A DNA stretch of 64,000 nt from an uncultured virus (IMG/VR IMGVR_UViG_3300011361_000001) (IMGVR_UViG_3300011361_000001:124001-188000); one strand, 5' to 3'; shown: positions 29,801-39,607, numbered from the stretch's first letter. Notes: generated by a model not told the origin, from the letters alone. Program-made: numbers and translations.

Positions 29801-31145
29801 ATTTACGCGCTGCATGACTGAACGCCACGGCATCGTTAGACTTGGTGAGGTCGGTTTCCTTTTTACTGTCCAACAACGGATCATCAATTTCACTGGGGGC
29901 TTGATCCTTGAGCCAGCGCATGGCTTTGTTAGCCCATTGGAACTTGCTGTTCTCCCCCTTGTCGCTTTTGGCCCACTGCTCAACAAGTCCGGGCAGGTTA
30001 TCTACCCCGTACTCCAGTGCAGCGCCACCTTTCTTCACTTTATCCATATCACCCAAAATGGGCTTTAGGAGTTTAGCAATTTTGGTTCCAACCCAATTGC
30101 CTGCCACAGAGCCTGCCATCCGACCGCCGGTCTTATAGGGGTCTGCTTGCTCCCCCATATCGGCCATCTGCTCTTGGACATCAATCGCCATCTCGGCGCC
30201 TGTCAAAGCCCCCATCGCACTTTCTTTAAAGTTACTGAGGTGACCTTTGGCATTTTTAATCAGGTTGTCTTTGTACTTCCCAAAGTACTTACCGGCGACG
30301 TCTTTGACCCGTGCCTGCGTTGCGGTTAATAGTCGATCACGGAACTGTTGACCGGCCGCTTCACCTAACGTGGTCTTCTGGTATTCAGGCAGACCTGTGT
30401 TCTTGGCAATAACGTCGAGCAAGGTTTTCTGTTCACGCGTCGATGCACGGTGCAACTCGAAGGTATCTTTCAAGGTGTAGTATTGAAGATACGAAAGCTC
30501 CAACACTTTACGTTGGTACTTCGAGGTGATCTGATCCTGATAGGTGACGAGGCGAGAGATCCCTTGGTGGATTGAGGACAGTGCATCAATCTCCAGTTTG
30601 AACTTCTTGCGATCCTCGACCTTCTCCCGTGCCTTTTCGGCCTTATCAACAATGCGGTCTTCCTGATCTTGCTCGGCTACCGCACCGAAGATACTGGCCA
30701 CCTCCGATTGCACAGCGGCTTCACGAGACTGTTGGGCACTCACCCCACTGTCTTCGGCAGCTGTCATTTCTTCGAGTTTCTTAGCCAGTTTTTCAGGCAA
30801 GAAATTCTTAACACCAGGCAGGGCACGACGGGCCACACGCTTGGCATCATTGATCACCGGTTTGAGTTCGGTAATCGTGGTATTGTATAGATCACGTCCG
30901 GCCCCGGCCACTTCGCCCAGCAGATTGTCGGCTTTTGAATAGCCGTCTGGTAGGGCATCAAGGGTCAAGCGCTTAACAGTGGTCGGGTTGGTGAATTCAT
31001 CAGCCACGCCCCCTAGGAAGGAGGTCGCGACCTTGGTGATAGGTTTTCTATCGTCAGGTTGAGGGGGTGTATCAAAATCCCCGTCAGACCCGAAGTCGAA
31101 ATCGTCGAAATCATCGTCGAAATCGAGGTCCTTGTCCTTAGCCAT
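23898..31145 (-). CDS. giant tail-associated protein with lytic transglycosylase domain (phiKZ gp181-like; tape-measure/cell-puncturing)
   Basis: About 2415 aa. Features: SLT motifs AGVEST..SAKGLYQF..TW..DPRANALMGAEYL..YLSHFFG (~25200-25680), TM-like Gly/Ala segments, DIYxxGxxxP repeats, and a C-terminal DUF5675-like domain. GGAG RBS before ATG 31145. Confidence 0.9.
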   Translation of the reverse strand: MAKDKDLDFDDDFDDFDFGSDGDFDTPPQPDDRKPITKVATSFLGGVADEFTNPTTVKRLTLDALPDGYSKADNLLGEVAGAGRDLYNTTITELKPVINDAKRVARRALPGVKNFLPEKLAKKLEEMTAAEDSGVSAQQSREAAVQSEVASIFGAVAEQDQEDRIVDKAEKAREKVEDRKKFKLEIDALSSIHQGISRLVTYQDQITSKYQRKVLELSYLQYYTLKDTFELHRASTREQKTLLDVIAKNTGLPEYQKTTLGEAAGQQFRDRLLTATQARVKDVAGKYFGKYKDNLIKNAKGHLSNFKESAMGALTGAEMAIDVQEQMADMGEQADPYKTGGRMAGSVAGNWVGTKIAKLLKPILGDMDKVKKGGAALEYGVDNLPGLVEQWAKSDKGENSKFQWANKAMRWLKDQAPSEIDDPLLDSKKETDLTKSNDAVAFSHAARKSLTDIIPGFLSRIHHELAIIRTGDSSIARVEYDLRDGSFRDSGSITKNLVGSLFSQDNFKKTHEATDTLISDLTGGDASKLSPAAQKALKRRMISEASRLSGHYDAKKFYDVDGWDDSSLSDEDRIALSDLFLESKDDIVKQNAQSKKFHNIRDYLNNPAEAIKALSMQAGGLEHMRRAGLVTGENEDRQVNFDRITDMLVQGGIGDKFDQTGGDPRVASSLFGPVGPGGGNSGGGLNPTHANQSSRPRSAAEVKAKVEECVCGDEFDRLIQAVKEGNDRLVAEITKSHTQNAQQAEQIALLAGIYEYMQSGQMMVFSVDGTQMFKSLKDRMAGKFKGLGSRIKGLKDNRLVKGAGNLFGMAKTGVVNTLKSPLWAANKVKDGLKHVWDKISGKFNDIKELYVRGEFAAKLTKAKLEAGEYIDAKTGKVIQKWEDIKGPVKDRAGEMVLTAEDFAKGLWTNHGKPWKESFTKRLGNAWYNTKRILKSPVSLVKGLLGGAKKFGESLRDAFNKPRDIYIPGREEPIILASVMKAGGYKNADGSVISKWTDIKGAVYDLEGNVVVTLEMLTKGMMDSAGQKLELARGLLGTAVDKAKKYGGMAIDGAKKLGRGAMSLAKGIGGFMKGGLKGIGGKLGLGKGGSSEMMEVIGEYQILLLEEIRDGVRDLKPKRIKGDLSGDGLRDGSWEAITAKRQAARDAKNKDKPEPKEKKEKKGGLMGLLMSAVGLLAGIPAALNNGITKLGQILAQKAMIRGAADALSGGIDAPDGKKKGGRLGRLGKAVGRGAGIAARGIGTVAMMGGSGLLTAAGTALGGLASGAAAVGGAVLSVLSAPVVLGAAAVAAVGFGAWWLYKRHKKNQRGGLLKLRMAQYGFAIDDHDNVDKLLAFEDLVKPAVKTRGADPLIDFQMLDVDKIREMFNIGKDDPEGFQRFAKWCDARFTPVYLAHDAATKKFSPNGKMDENDEKLSVEDKLKYLEVVKLPDDRAYEALDHPMQDGRLTMTTDEIVSIFKELKVEYEKGVAETKAAEAAATGSAAAAAAVGATTEEPGKLAKALGAVKDTALKILKFTPIGIMGSMAVKAAEKIVGLGKSMFEWIKGKFFTEEFKVPSILNREIDPLTSIRYRLYGLSVMEYAKAGPISKLEEQLIKDVNYSGKGQAKWDGDAKSLFKQVGGLFVTNTDSEETLKMWCEWFSKRFLPVFLSFLTAVRGFAKNGNPFEAYERFAAPQVLEIARFMAQAVSNPDAKPENRLSVWSIADIPFDRHEPNMDPSTIAPFMTLLEEDARTAILNEKQNANKGTTGAPTPGQTTKAQVSLAAARSVGNPNATYATPLQKAMYGSMPVSTEVGKTGGGMRVASMEAQGGLWTNLPGVAGPDGEWSSYKDLILAASQMAGVDPGLMAVMAGVESTFRGRAQAAQGSAKGLYQFMPGTWKDMLRKYGKKYGLTEDADVLDPRANALMGAEYLKENSKGIKQAYGRDATDIDLYLSHFFGPTGVKKFLEANPNEIAAKVLPAAAKQNEGIFFSKDGKARTIAQVHAEVDARMSNWRNTAGQDARASAGLGRLETVASAPVIPGVTSPTSMGTNAPAQSTIGTMMTVPGASAPAANTTGPIGVLKPNQGTSVPGPTGSYSGGPKPVNPSVTATQAKDAGQAMLMRETSQEDGTYGILTLPDGSTFNTLELPWRNNETGKSCIPPGTYKVEMRDSPKFGPCYEVKGVPNRSAILIHAGNTAGNVDKGLKSDVQGCILLGLGRGRVNNQSAVIESKAAMASFMQKMSGRSFTLNVVGSAQDTASTPVPVSTEAQVTPSVLAPVGPDTTPVASPLVNKLVGPTSAQPVGNAPGAALNATMELPNLLAPPTPANVTPEAVVEQQQRVAQRAANTQRQSTEVSKQTEANTAAVEALMKQQLEIQMSMDASLKNIDAGIQQMAQHLATGQQASEPTNPAKSAPTAAKRAQATPATLTPINFRRRVS

Positions 31146-31200
31146 GCTGGACTCCACTCTCAGGGTTTAAATAGATCATATCATTTTCGGAGCCGTCACC

Positions 31201-32832
31201 GTGAAAAATAGTTCCATTCCTTTTAACGTCTCGATTCTGGAACTGACCCCGGAAAAATTGGCCACGATCCGTCCGGTCACAGCTCCCGACATCTACGACG
31301 GGATCACCGGTAACTTTCATGAGAACGGACTCTTCAGTGTACTGACCTTTGGCCGAGTCGGGGACGAACAACGCGACATGCGCTTTGGTTACATTGACGC
31401 TGTGGTGACTGTGTTTCATCCGACGATCTTCCGTGCGTTGTGTCAACTAAAAGCTTTGTACCGGGACATCATGTCCGGTACCCGTTATGCCATCTGGAAC
31501 GCCAAAGAAGCCGACTTCGAGGCGGCCACTGAATTGGAAGGTGAAACCGGTTACGCCTTCTTTCTAACCCACTGGCACAAACTCAAGTTCAAAGAGTCCA
31601 AGTCGCCCATTCGGATGGAACGCATTCGGATGATCGAGAAGTACCGCAAGGTGGCTACGACGGATAAGATCCTCGTCCTCCCAGCAGGGCTTCGTGACTA
31701 TGTCATCGATTCCACAGGCCGTGGGACTCAGGACGAAATCAACGACATCTACCGTAAAATCATCGGGGCGTCGAAGGTACTCGTCAGTGCTGAAGGGGCT
31801 GAATTGTCACCGGTCTTTGACAACAGCCGTAAGTCCATACAGCAAAGCTTTAATGAGATCTACGACACGATCTCACAAATGATTACGGGCAAGAAGGGCT
31901 TCTTTCAAGAGAAGTTCGGTAGCCGCCGGATCTTTAACGGAACCCGGAACGTGATCTCGGCGATGGACACCTCGGTTGCAGACTTGGATGCCGAGAACGC
32001 CCCAGGCTTTAATGACAGCATCATTGGTTTGTTCCAAGTGATGAAAGGGGCACTGCCGGTCACCATTTACCAACTGCGTAATGGTTGGTTGAGTGAAGTC
32101 TTTGGTGTCGGTGGTTCGGGCACCACAGCCCGACTGGTTGATCCTAAGACCTTGCAACAAGACATCGTGGAACTGCCGCTTGACGTACGCGACAAGTGGG
32201 TCACGGTCGAAGGGTTGGAGAAACTCATTGAAGGGTTTCGTAACCCAGGCATCCGGTTCAAACCGATTAAGGTTGAGGGGCGTTACTTAGGCCTGATTTA
32301 CATCGGACCGGATAACACCTTTAAGATCTTCGGGGACATCCGTGATTTGCCAGAGCATCTGGATCGTCAATACGTCGAGCCTTTGACGTACGTCCATTTG
32401 TTCTATCTCTGTGCCTACCGTCGGTGGAACACACTCAAAGCGATTGTAACCCGCTACCCCGTAGCGGGTATTGGTTCAACGTATCCTTCACACGTCTATT
32501 GCAAAACAACGATTGTGGGGGAAGTGCGTTATGAGTTAGGTGACGACTGGCAACCCTTGGGTGAGGAATACAAAGCGTTGGAATTTCCAACCCGTAAACC
32601 TGAAGCCTTTGTGGATTCGCAAGTGATTCATCCAAGTCGACTGGCAGGCCTTGCAGCGGACTACGACGGTGACACGGCTTCGGCTACGATCGTCTACAGT
32701 GATGAAGCACTCGCCGAACTGGATCGTTACTTAGACAGCACAGCTGCGTACCTCGACCCGCGTGGTGGCTTTAAAGCCGGCTGTGACGTCGACACCATTA
32801 CCCTGGTTTTGAAGAATATGACTGGCGACTAA
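31201..32832 (+). CDS. virion RNA polymerase beta' subunit, catalytic part (phiKZ gp180-like)
   Basis: GLFSVLTFG, FGYID, GKKGFF...SRR..NGTRNVI, TRYP and the catalytic ADYDGD Mg-binding motif. Confidence 0.92.
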   Translation: MKNSSIPFNVSILELTPEKLATIRPVTAPDIYDGITGNFHENGLFSVLTFGRVGDEQRDMRFGYIDAVVTVFHPTIFRALCQLKALYRDIMSGTRYAIWNAKEADFEAATELEGETGYAFFLTHWHKLKFKESKSPIRMERIRMIEKYRKVATTDKILVLPAGLRDYVIDSTGRGTQDEINDIYRKIIGASKVLVSAEGAELSPVFDNSRKSIQQSFNEIYDTISQMITGKKGFFQEKFGSRRIFNGTRNVISAMDTSVADLDAENAPGFNDSIIGLFQVMKGALPVTIYQLRNGWLSEVFGVGGSGTTARLVDPKTLQQDIVELPLDVRDKWVTVEGLEKLIEGFRNPGIRFKPIKVEGRYLGLIYIGPDNTFKIFGDIRDLPEHLDRQYVEPLTYVHLFYLCAYRRWNTLKAIVTRYPVAGIGSTYPSHVYCKTTIVGEVRYELGDDWQPLGEEYKALEFPTRKPEAFVDSQVIHPSRLAGLAADYDGDTASATIVYSDEALAELDRYLDSTAAYLDPRGGFKAGCDVDTITLVLKNMTGD

Positions 32833-32874
32833 GGTCGCCAGGCCCCTTTGTTTGACTCTTAAGGAAAATGACCC

Positions 32875-35800
32875 ATGCTTCTTTATCCTGCTTGGTACCG
32901 TCGACGGGGTATCCGTCGTTTGGTAGCCTTGACTGCTCCGGATACCCACAGCGTGGTGAACTTGAGCTTGCCCCGTGGGGCGGTGTTGAGTTACCTGCCT
33001 GAAGACAGTACTTCACTCGGTCCCGGTAAAGACGATCCGTTGGTTAAGGCTGCTGAACGTATCGTGTATGTCGATCACATCACGGAACTGCGTAGCGACA
33101 TTGGTAATCCGAAGCCTGTGGTCTGGTCTGCAGACAAACACCTGCGTGACTACCAGCGTACCAACCGAGGCAAGATCCGTCCTCTGTTGAATCCTGAGAC
33201 GGTGATGTCGAACCCCAAAACCTTGGTGGTTGAGAACTTCGCCCCGCTGCAGTTTGTAAAACGCTACACCGCCAACTTCTTTGCCTCCTATTACAAGTGG
33301 GCGAACATTCGCCACACAATGTGGAAGAAGCTGAACGAGGTCGCAAACCAGTTCCCTGAGCGTCATCTGTTTGTCAACGTGGTGTTGCCTGAAGTCTTGC
33401 CTTCTTTGTCGGCGCTGCGCCGGGCTGAGAAAAGCATCGTGCGTAACACGCTTGAGAAGTTCCCGACCAATGAGTCTTTGGATGTGTTGGATCTGTGGAC
33501 GTGGTTGGGTGAGCATCGCTATGAAGCGCCTATGGCGCATCTGGAGACGAAGAACCTCGATCGCCTGAACCTGGTCTTCCTTTATAAGGATCGTTGGTTC
33601 TGCGTGAATCTGGGGCTGCTCAACGCGTGGCGTAAAACCACCAACGCCGCAGAAGGGACAGATGAAGGCTTGGCCGCTGATGCGCTGCAAAAGCGTTTAT
33701 TGCGTGGCCTGATGCACCTGATCGAATCGCGTGCGGTGGTTGAGCTTGAGGAAGAACCTGAAGTTCTGGAAGATGACGAGGAACCTGAAGTCGATTCTGA
33801 CGATGACGATGACGGCCCTTCTCGTATCAGTGACGGTCGTCGCCGTCAAGAGGAGGAGGTGGATGTTAAGGGTAAGTCCACCAAGCCTGAACTGATCATT
33901 GTGAAAGACGATCCGGTGAGTGCTGAAACCTCAGACTTGAACTTTGAGGAAGAAGTCGCTGAGATGCTCAAAGAAGACTACGACCTGCTGCGTCAGGCCG
34001 AGTTGGATGATGCCAAGATCGAACGTGAACTTGAAGGCTTGGAAGTTATCGAACAAGTCAAAGAGGACACCGCTGAGATCGAGCAAGCACCGGTTACTTT
34101 GGTGACGATCACTGACGCACCACGGGATGTTGAGAAAGGCATTCTGGATAAAGCCAACGAAATGGCTGATGCCGGTTTGCTGTCAGGTTCTGAGTACAAG
34201 CGTGCACAACGTTTGGCTTCGACCTACAAGACGCTACCGAACCCCTATGGTGGTAAAGGAACACTGGCTGATGTCATGACCTTACCGCCTCAGGCGCTGA
34301 AGATCACCAACCCGCCGAAGATGCCGAAGAACTCGGAAGTCTTTGACGAGCGTACGTTGACCTCCACACTGTTCGAATTCGATTCGCGGTATGTTGAAGA
34401 AGTGCTCCCCAAAGACATCGTGAACTCGGTGATGTCGGTACAGAATGCAGGGGTGGTGGTCACTGACTATAATGTCGAGACCGTGGAAGACGTGATGAAC
34501 CATTACGAAATCCACACCATCAAACTCTCACCTGTGACAGGCGTGGGCAGTACCATTCGTTTCCGGGTGCCGAAGATTCACGAAGACGGGACCTACTTTG
34601 CGAACGGTGTACGTTACCACATGCGTAAACAGCGTGGTGACATGCCGATCCGTAAGGTGTTGCCGAATCGGGTGGCGTTGACCAGTTACTACGGCAAAAG
34701 CTTTGTCTCGCGTTCTGAGAAAGCCGTGCACAATTATCCGGGTTGGTTGTGTAACCAGATCATGGCCATTGGTCACGATAAAAAGGATACACGCATCACC
34801 AACCTTAAACCCACCAACGTGTTCAATCCGTTGAACAAGACCCCGAAGTTGTACAGCATGCTGGCCCACAAGTTCAGAAGCTTTACAGCCTCAGGGATAG
34901 ACTTCTACTTTGACTACAGTCAGATTGTCGAGAACTTTGGCGACAAAGCCTTAAACCGGCCTGAAGCCCGTGGGATGCTCCCCATTGGTAAGAAAGGCAC
35001 TGAGGTGGTGTACATCGATTCGAGCAACATGATGTTCATCCTCAAAGGTCGTGGACCCCAACCGATCGAAGGGATCGAGGAGCTGTTAGGCCTTGATACC
35101 AGCAAAGCGCCGATTGAAGTCGCTGAGCTTAAAGTGTTGAACAAAGAGATTCCCGTCGGGATCGTTTTGGGCTTCTACTTAGGGTTGGACAAACTGATCA
35201 AGGCATTGAAGCCGTCTGCGTTTCGTCGTGTACAAGTAGGCGACCGGTTGAAGTTGACCGATGGCGAATACGTAATACGTTTTGCCGATGAGAACTTGGT
35301 CTTCCACCGAGACGATCGTTTGGTAGCATTGGTGTTGGCAGGCTTTAACAGCTACCACAAAACCATTCGCAATTACAACGTCTACGACTTTGATCGCAAA
35401 GACGTGTACTTGAACGTACTCGAAGCCAACGGGATTGGCATTCGTTACCTGCGCGAACTGGACCTGTTGAAAGACATGTTCATTGACCCGATCACACATG
35501 ACCTCTTGGTGGAGATGAAAGAACCCACTGACTGGATTGGTCTGGTTACCCGTGCCACCGAACTGTTGACGACTGATTGGTCGCCTGCTGAAACGGACAT
35601 GGAGTTCATGCGCATTAAAGGCTACGAGCGGATCTCAGGCGCCGTCTACACGGAAATGGTTCGTTCGATCAGAACGCATCAGGCCCGTCGGGGTGCTTCG
35701 GGCAACAAGATCGAGATGCCGCCGAATGCGATCTGGCAAGCAATTCAGGAAGACCCCTCAAAAGGGATGGTGGAAGAATCCAACCCGATTGAGTGTTTGC

Positions 35801-37194
35801 GTGAGCAAGAGGCTGTGACCATGGGCGGTACCGGTGGTCGGAGTCGTCGGTCGATGGTTAAGCGTAGCCGTATTTATCACCGTAACGACATGGGGGTAAT
35901 CTCCGAGGCGACGGTGGACTCAGGCGACGTGGCGATCAACACCTTCCTGTCAGCGAACCCTAACTTCAAATCACTGCGAGGTACCTCCAACCGCTACGAC
36001 GCTAAGAACGACAGTCCTGCTACACTGTTCAGTACAGCCGCTTTGATCTCCCCAGGTTCTGACCGGGATGACCCCAAGCGTGTTAACTTCGTCGGGATTC
36101 AGTATCACTCAACGATGTTCTCCGAAGGCTACGAGCCTGCGATGGTACGGACAGGGTACGAACAGATGGTGGCTCATCGGGTAGACGACCTCTTTGCCTC
36201 CACGGCAAAAGATGATGGGGTGGTCTCAAGCGTGACTGAAGATGCCATTGTCATTGCGTATAAGAACGGCAAAACCAAGAGCATTCAGCTTGGTCGTCGT
36301 TTCGGGACAGTTGCCGGCACGATGTTCCCACACAACGTGGTGACTCAGCTTAAAGCCGGAGACAAGTTCAAAGCCGGTGAACCTATTGCTTATAACACCA
36401 ACTACTTCCAGCTCGACCCCTTGAACCCGAAACTGCTTCTGATGAAGACTGGTATTCTGGCCAAGACCGCGTTGTTGGAATCGACAGACACCTTGGAAGA
36501 CTCCTCGGTGATCTCAGAAAAGTTGGCTAACAAGCTTGGGACTAAGATCACCAAGGTCCGTGACATCGTTGTAACCTTCGATCAAAAGCTGCACTCTTTG
36601 GTCAAGGTTGGGCAAAAGCTTGAGTCGGACGATATTTTATGTACGATTGAAGATGCCGTCACGGCAGACAACGAACTGTTTGATGAAAACTCCATCGACA
36701 CACTGCGCTTGCTGGGCTCCCAAACCCCGCGTGCTAAGTACGAAGGAATCGTTGAACGGGTTGAAGTCTTCTACAACGGTGATCTGGAGGACATGTCCGA
36801 ATCCATCCGAGCGGTCGCTGTCGGGGCTGACAAGCTGCGTGCTAAGTTTGCCCGTGGGATGAACAAAACTGTTCTGACCGGACAAGTGGATACGTCCATG
36901 CGAATCGGAGGCAACCCATTGAACTTGGATTCCATGGCTGTGCGGGTGTATATCACCACACAGGTCGGGACTGGGGTCGGTGATAAGGGTGTGTTCGCTA
37001 ACCAGTTGAAAACCATCTTTGGGCGGGTGATGTCAGGTGAGAACCGGACAGAGTCAGGTGAGGAACTGGATGCCATCTTCGGCTACACCAGTATCAACGC
37101 ACGTATCGTGTTGTCGCCTGATTTGATTGGTACAACCACCACCCTGTTGAAGGTGATCGCCAAACAAGCCGTCAAGGTCTATAAGGGGTCGTAA
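32875..37194 (+). CDS. virion RNA polymerase beta subunit, N-terminal part (phiKZ gp178-like)
   Basis: 1439 aa with EATVDSGDVA, DRDDPKRVNF, RTGYE, EDSSVIS and GDKGVFANQLKT (beta GDK motif). Confidence 0.92.
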   Translation: MLLYPAWYRRRGIRRLVALTAPDTHSVVNLSLPRGAVLSYLPEDSTSLGPGKDDPLVKAAERIVYVDHITELRSDIGNPKPVVWSADKHLRDYQRTNRGKIRPLLNPETVMSNPKTLVVENFAPLQFVKRYTANFFASYYKWANIRHTMWKKLNEVANQFPERHLFVNVVLPEVLPSLSALRRAEKSIVRNTLEKFPTNESLDVLDLWTWLGEHRYEAPMAHLETKNLDRLNLVFLYKDRWFCVNLGLLNAWRKTTNAAEGTDEGLAADALQKRLLRGLMHLIESRAVVELEEEPEVLEDDEEPEVDSDDDDDGPSRISDGRRRQEEEVDVKGKSTKPELIIVKDDPVSAETSDLNFEEEVAEMLKEDYDLLRQAELDDAKIERELEGLEVIEQVKEDTAEIEQAPVTLVTITDAPRDVEKGILDKANEMADAGLLSGSEYKRAQRLASTYKTLPNPYGGKGTLADVMTLPPQALKITNPPKMPKNSEVFDERTLTSTLFEFDSRYVEEVLPKDIVNSVMSVQNAGVVVTDYNVETVEDVMNHYEIHTIKLSPVTGVGSTIRFRVPKIHEDGTYFANGVRYHMRKQRGDMPIRKVLPNRVALTSYYGKSFVSRSEKAVHNYPGWLCNQIMAIGHDKKDTRITNLKPTNVFNPLNKTPKLYSMLAHKFRSFTASGIDFYFDYSQIVENFGDKALNRPEARGMLPIGKKGTEVVYIDSSNMMFILKGRGPQPIEGIEELLGLDTSKAPIEVAELKVLNKEIPVGIVLGFYLGLDKLIKALKPSAFRRVQVGDRLKLTDGEYVIRFADENLVFHRDDRLVALVLAGFNSYHKTIRNYNVYDFDRKDVYLNVLEANGIGIRYLRELDLLKDMFIDPITHDLLVEMKEPTDWIGLVTRATELLTTDWSPAETDMEFMRIKGYERISGAVYTEMVRSIRTHQARRGASGNKIEMPPNAIWQAIQEDPSKGMVEESNPIECLREQEAVTMGGTGGRSRRSMVKRSRIYHRNDMGVISEATVDSGDVAINTFLSANPNFKSLRGTSNRYDAKNDSPATLFSTAALISPGSDRDDPKRVNFVGIQYHSTMFSEGYEPAMVRTGYEQMVAHRVDDLFASTAKDDGVVSSVTEDAIVIAYKNGKTKSIQLGRRFGTVAGTMFPHNVVTQLKAGDKFKAGEPIAYNTNYFQLDPLNPKLLLMKTGILAKTALLESTDTLEDSSVISEKLANKLGTKITKVRDIVVTFDQKLHSLVKVGQKLESDDILCTIEDAVTADNELFDENSIDTLRLLGSQTPRAKYEGIVERVEVFYNGDLEDMSESIRAVAVGADKLRAKFARGMNKTVLTGQVDTSMRIGGNPLNLDSMAVRVYITTQVGTGVGDKGVFANQLKTIFGRVMSGENRTESGEELDAIFGYTSINARIVLSPDLIGTTTTLLKVIAKQAVKVYKGS

Positions 37195-37209
37195 GGCCCC
37201 TTTCTTTTA
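37183..37209 (+). terminator. intrinsic terminator
   Basis: AAGGGGTC-GTAA-GGCCCCTT followed by TTCTTTT. Confidence 0.65.
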
Positions 37210-37228
37210 GTAAACGGAAGGTCTTCCC

Positions 37229-37423
37229 ATGAGTAAGAAATTCGAGCAAAACGTAACGGTGCTCGCCCATGCCACCGAACTCGGTGCAGCGATCATGCGT
37301 CGCATCTCGGGCAACGCAGTGTCCAACCACATCGATGGTCAACTGCAAAGCGACGGCGCAACCAAGGGAGCCTTGGTGGCAGTCATTCAACGCAAGCTGA
37401 CCAAGAAACACGGGGTGGTCTGA
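37229..37423 (+). CDS. small hypothetical protein
   Basis: 64 aa; GGAAGG RBS; TGATG overlap with the next gene. Confidence 0.7.
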   Translation: MSKKFEQNVTVLAHATELGAAIMRRISGNAVSNHIDGQLQSDGATKGALVAVIQRKLTKKHGVV

Positions 37424-38856
37424 TGATTCGTGAAAACACACTGACCAGCGTAGTTGCGCTGGCCGACAAGCTCGCCAATGCCAATGTGACACTGGCCCCT
37501 GTCGAAAGCTCGCCACTCTCGGCGTTGATCCAAGCAGGTTCTATCCCGCTTCCGGATCACGGTTCGCTCACCATTCCGTTCGAACAACAGCTGCTGAACG
37601 GTTCGTTGTACAAGAACCAACAAGGCGTGTGTGAACACGACCTCGTGATGGATGAAGTCGTAGATGTCGTTGAGAAGACGGTCAACTACAACTTGGACCT
37701 CACGCAGAACAAAGTTAACCCGATGGTTAAGGCTGTTCTGGAAGCCACGCAAGAGTACGTGTCGAACAAGCAAGCGGTTGATCCGGGTGCCATCAGCATT
37801 TCGCCGGTTCAGTACCACAGCGTTTGGTCGAGCCACTACTTGACTGGTATGATCGAGCGTTTCACTGAGACGCCAGTTAAAGACGTCAACCTCGCCCTCA
37901 GCATTCCGCTGCCTGTTGTGGAAACTGAGTTCGACCTGATCAGCACAGGCCTTTCGCGTTTCGACGACGAACTGCGTGACATGGTTCAGACCATGGAACC
38001 CGGTAGCCTGACCGATCTGTATCGCCGCCTGTTCGTGAACAAGGACGATAGCTACGTACCCTCGCTGCTGCCGTACCTGAACTACCTGCGCGTCAGCCCG
38101 AACCAGCCTCTGCTTGTGTTCCTCATTGCAAGCAAACTGGTCGACAACATCCCTGAAGGTGTCCAGACCTCGCCGCAGCTCTTTAAAGAGTACGTGACGA
38201 GCATCATGGCTCAAGCAGGTCGTGCACTGTGCCGTCAGATCGAGCGCCGTGAATCGGCTGCTAAGAACCGTACCCTCGTGGCCAGCTGGTCGAATGCTCA
38301 AGTCGGTGACCTGGGTGTAACGCCGGTTGTGATCGAAGTCAACGGTGACGTGTACAGCAAGTGGCTACAAGAAGGCGGTTCGCCTGACGTACTGTTCGGT
38401 GCATTCTGCGTTGATCGTCAAGCCAACTACAACCTGCTGCTCGAGCGCAAGGATCAGTACACCGCTGCCTGGGCACGTCAACAGCGTCTGCTGCAAAGCG
38501 AGCGCCGCCTGCAGATGGACAACCACATGTTGGTGGGTCTGAGCAAAGCTGTGGAAAAAGAAATCCTGCAGTTGCCAGAAGACGAGTTGTTGGTTGATCG
38601 TAAGAAGTACCTGTCGGTGCTGAACGATTACATCCGCAGCATGCCGAACGGCTGGCAGAAAGACAACCTGTACTACTCAGCGCGCAAGATCGTCTGTGGT
38701 GTGATCTATCCGCACACGATGGCCTTCGACATCCTCGTTGCAATCGACAGTGCCTCTGAAGCGCATCCTGACCTTCCGGTCCGTGAAGCGGCTTTCTACG
38801 GTGCAATGGAAGTCGTAGCAGACTGGCTGGTACAACTGATCAAAGTCGACGCGTAA
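37423..38856 (+). CDS. conserved head-morphogenesis cluster protein (phiKZ gp177-like)
   Basis: 477 aa with biased codon usage; syntenic between RNAP beta and the head protease. Confidence 0.6.
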   Translation: MIRENTLTSVVALADKLANANVTLAPVESSPLSALIQAGSIPLPDHGSLTIPFEQQLLNGSLYKNQQGVCEHDLVMDEVVDVVEKTVNYNLDLTQNKVNPMVKAVLEATQEYVSNKQAVDPGAISISPVQYHSVWSSHYLTGMIERFTETPVKDVNLALSIPLPVVETEFDLISTGLSRFDDELRDMVQTMEPGSLTDLYRRLFVNKDDSYVPSLLPYLNYLRVSPNQPLLVFLIASKLVDNIPEGVQTSPQLFKEYVTSIMAQAGRALCRQIERRESAAKNRTLVASWSNAQVGDLGVTPVVIEVNGDVYSKWLQEGGSPDVLFGAFCVDRQANYNLLLERKDQYTAAWARQQRLLQSERRLQMDNHMLVGLSKAVEKEILQLPEDELLVDRKKYLSVLNDYIRSMPNGWQKDNLYYSARKIVCGVIYPHTMAFDILVAIDSASEAHPDLPVREAAFYGAMEVVADWLVQLIKVDA

Positions 38857-38881
38857 GCTTAAGACTTAACAAGAGAACGTT

Positions 38882-39607
38882 ATGGACCCTAAAAAGCTGA
38901 CACGCGATGCTTCGAAGGTTCATGCGGCATTAAAGGAACTCGACGACGGTTCGGTAATTACCACCAAGGGTTGTAAGATCTTGGTACCGGGCCGCTTCGC
39001 CGAGCAACAACTGGCTGTGTTAGGCACTGAGACCAACATCTGTGGGATCTTTGCAATTGTCGTGGATGACCAGTTTTTTGGGGTCTCCTCGGCCATGGCC
39101 ATGATGCGCATTGAACCCACTATAACCAACACCATCAAGATTGAGGACGAGGACTACCTGGAGTTTGTATTTGATCCAGGCTGTACGGTGATCTCGAGCA
39201 CTGAGTTGGTGAAGTCTGACACGTTCATCTACCTCATCTACTCAGAGATCATTGCCAAAGGTAACGTCCCTTGGTTTATGAACTACGAGGACATGGGGCG
39301 TTTGTTTGAAAGTGCACCGCACCATGCCGGCGTTTCGGTGGGCGCTAACTTCGCAGTTATCGAGATGATCATGGCGGCAATCAGTCGCTCTGAGAAAGAC
39401 CGGACCAAATACTTCCGTCACCAGCTCAACAGCATGCAGGATCTGGAGAAAGAAGTACCGGCGTTCATCCCGTTGCGCAGTGTCACTTACGGGGCGAGTA
39501 ACACCACAGCAAAACTGATTGGTGCGTACTGGGAAGAAGGCCTCACCTCAGCGTTGGTGAATCCGACCGAAACAGTCGAACCGATTGAAGGGCTCTTAAG
39601 AAGGTAA
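38882..39607 (+). CDS. conserved jumbo-phage protein (phiKZ gp176-like)
   Basis: C-terminal NTTAKLIGAYWEEGLTSALVNP..E..LR motif; synteny. Confidence 0.65.
   Translation: MDPKKLTRDASKVHAALKELDDGSVITTKGCKILVPGRFAEQQLAVLGTETNICGIFAIVVDDQFFGVSSAMAMMRIEPTITNTIKIEDEDYLEFVFDPGCTVISSTELVKSDTFIYLIYSEIIAKGNVPWFMNYEDMGRLFESAPHHAGVSVGANFAVIEMIMAAISRSEKDRTKYFRHQLNSMQDLEKEVPAFIPLRSVTYGASNTTAKLIGAYWEEGLTSALVNPTETVEPIEGLLRR

Noticed and set aside
32833..32874. Possible intron, intein or HNH insertion in or between the RNAP genes, as in some phiKZ-like phages
   Set aside because: Only 42 nt separate the two genes, both ORFs are continuous, and I saw no intein or homing-endonuclease motifs in RNAP, terminase or UvsX.
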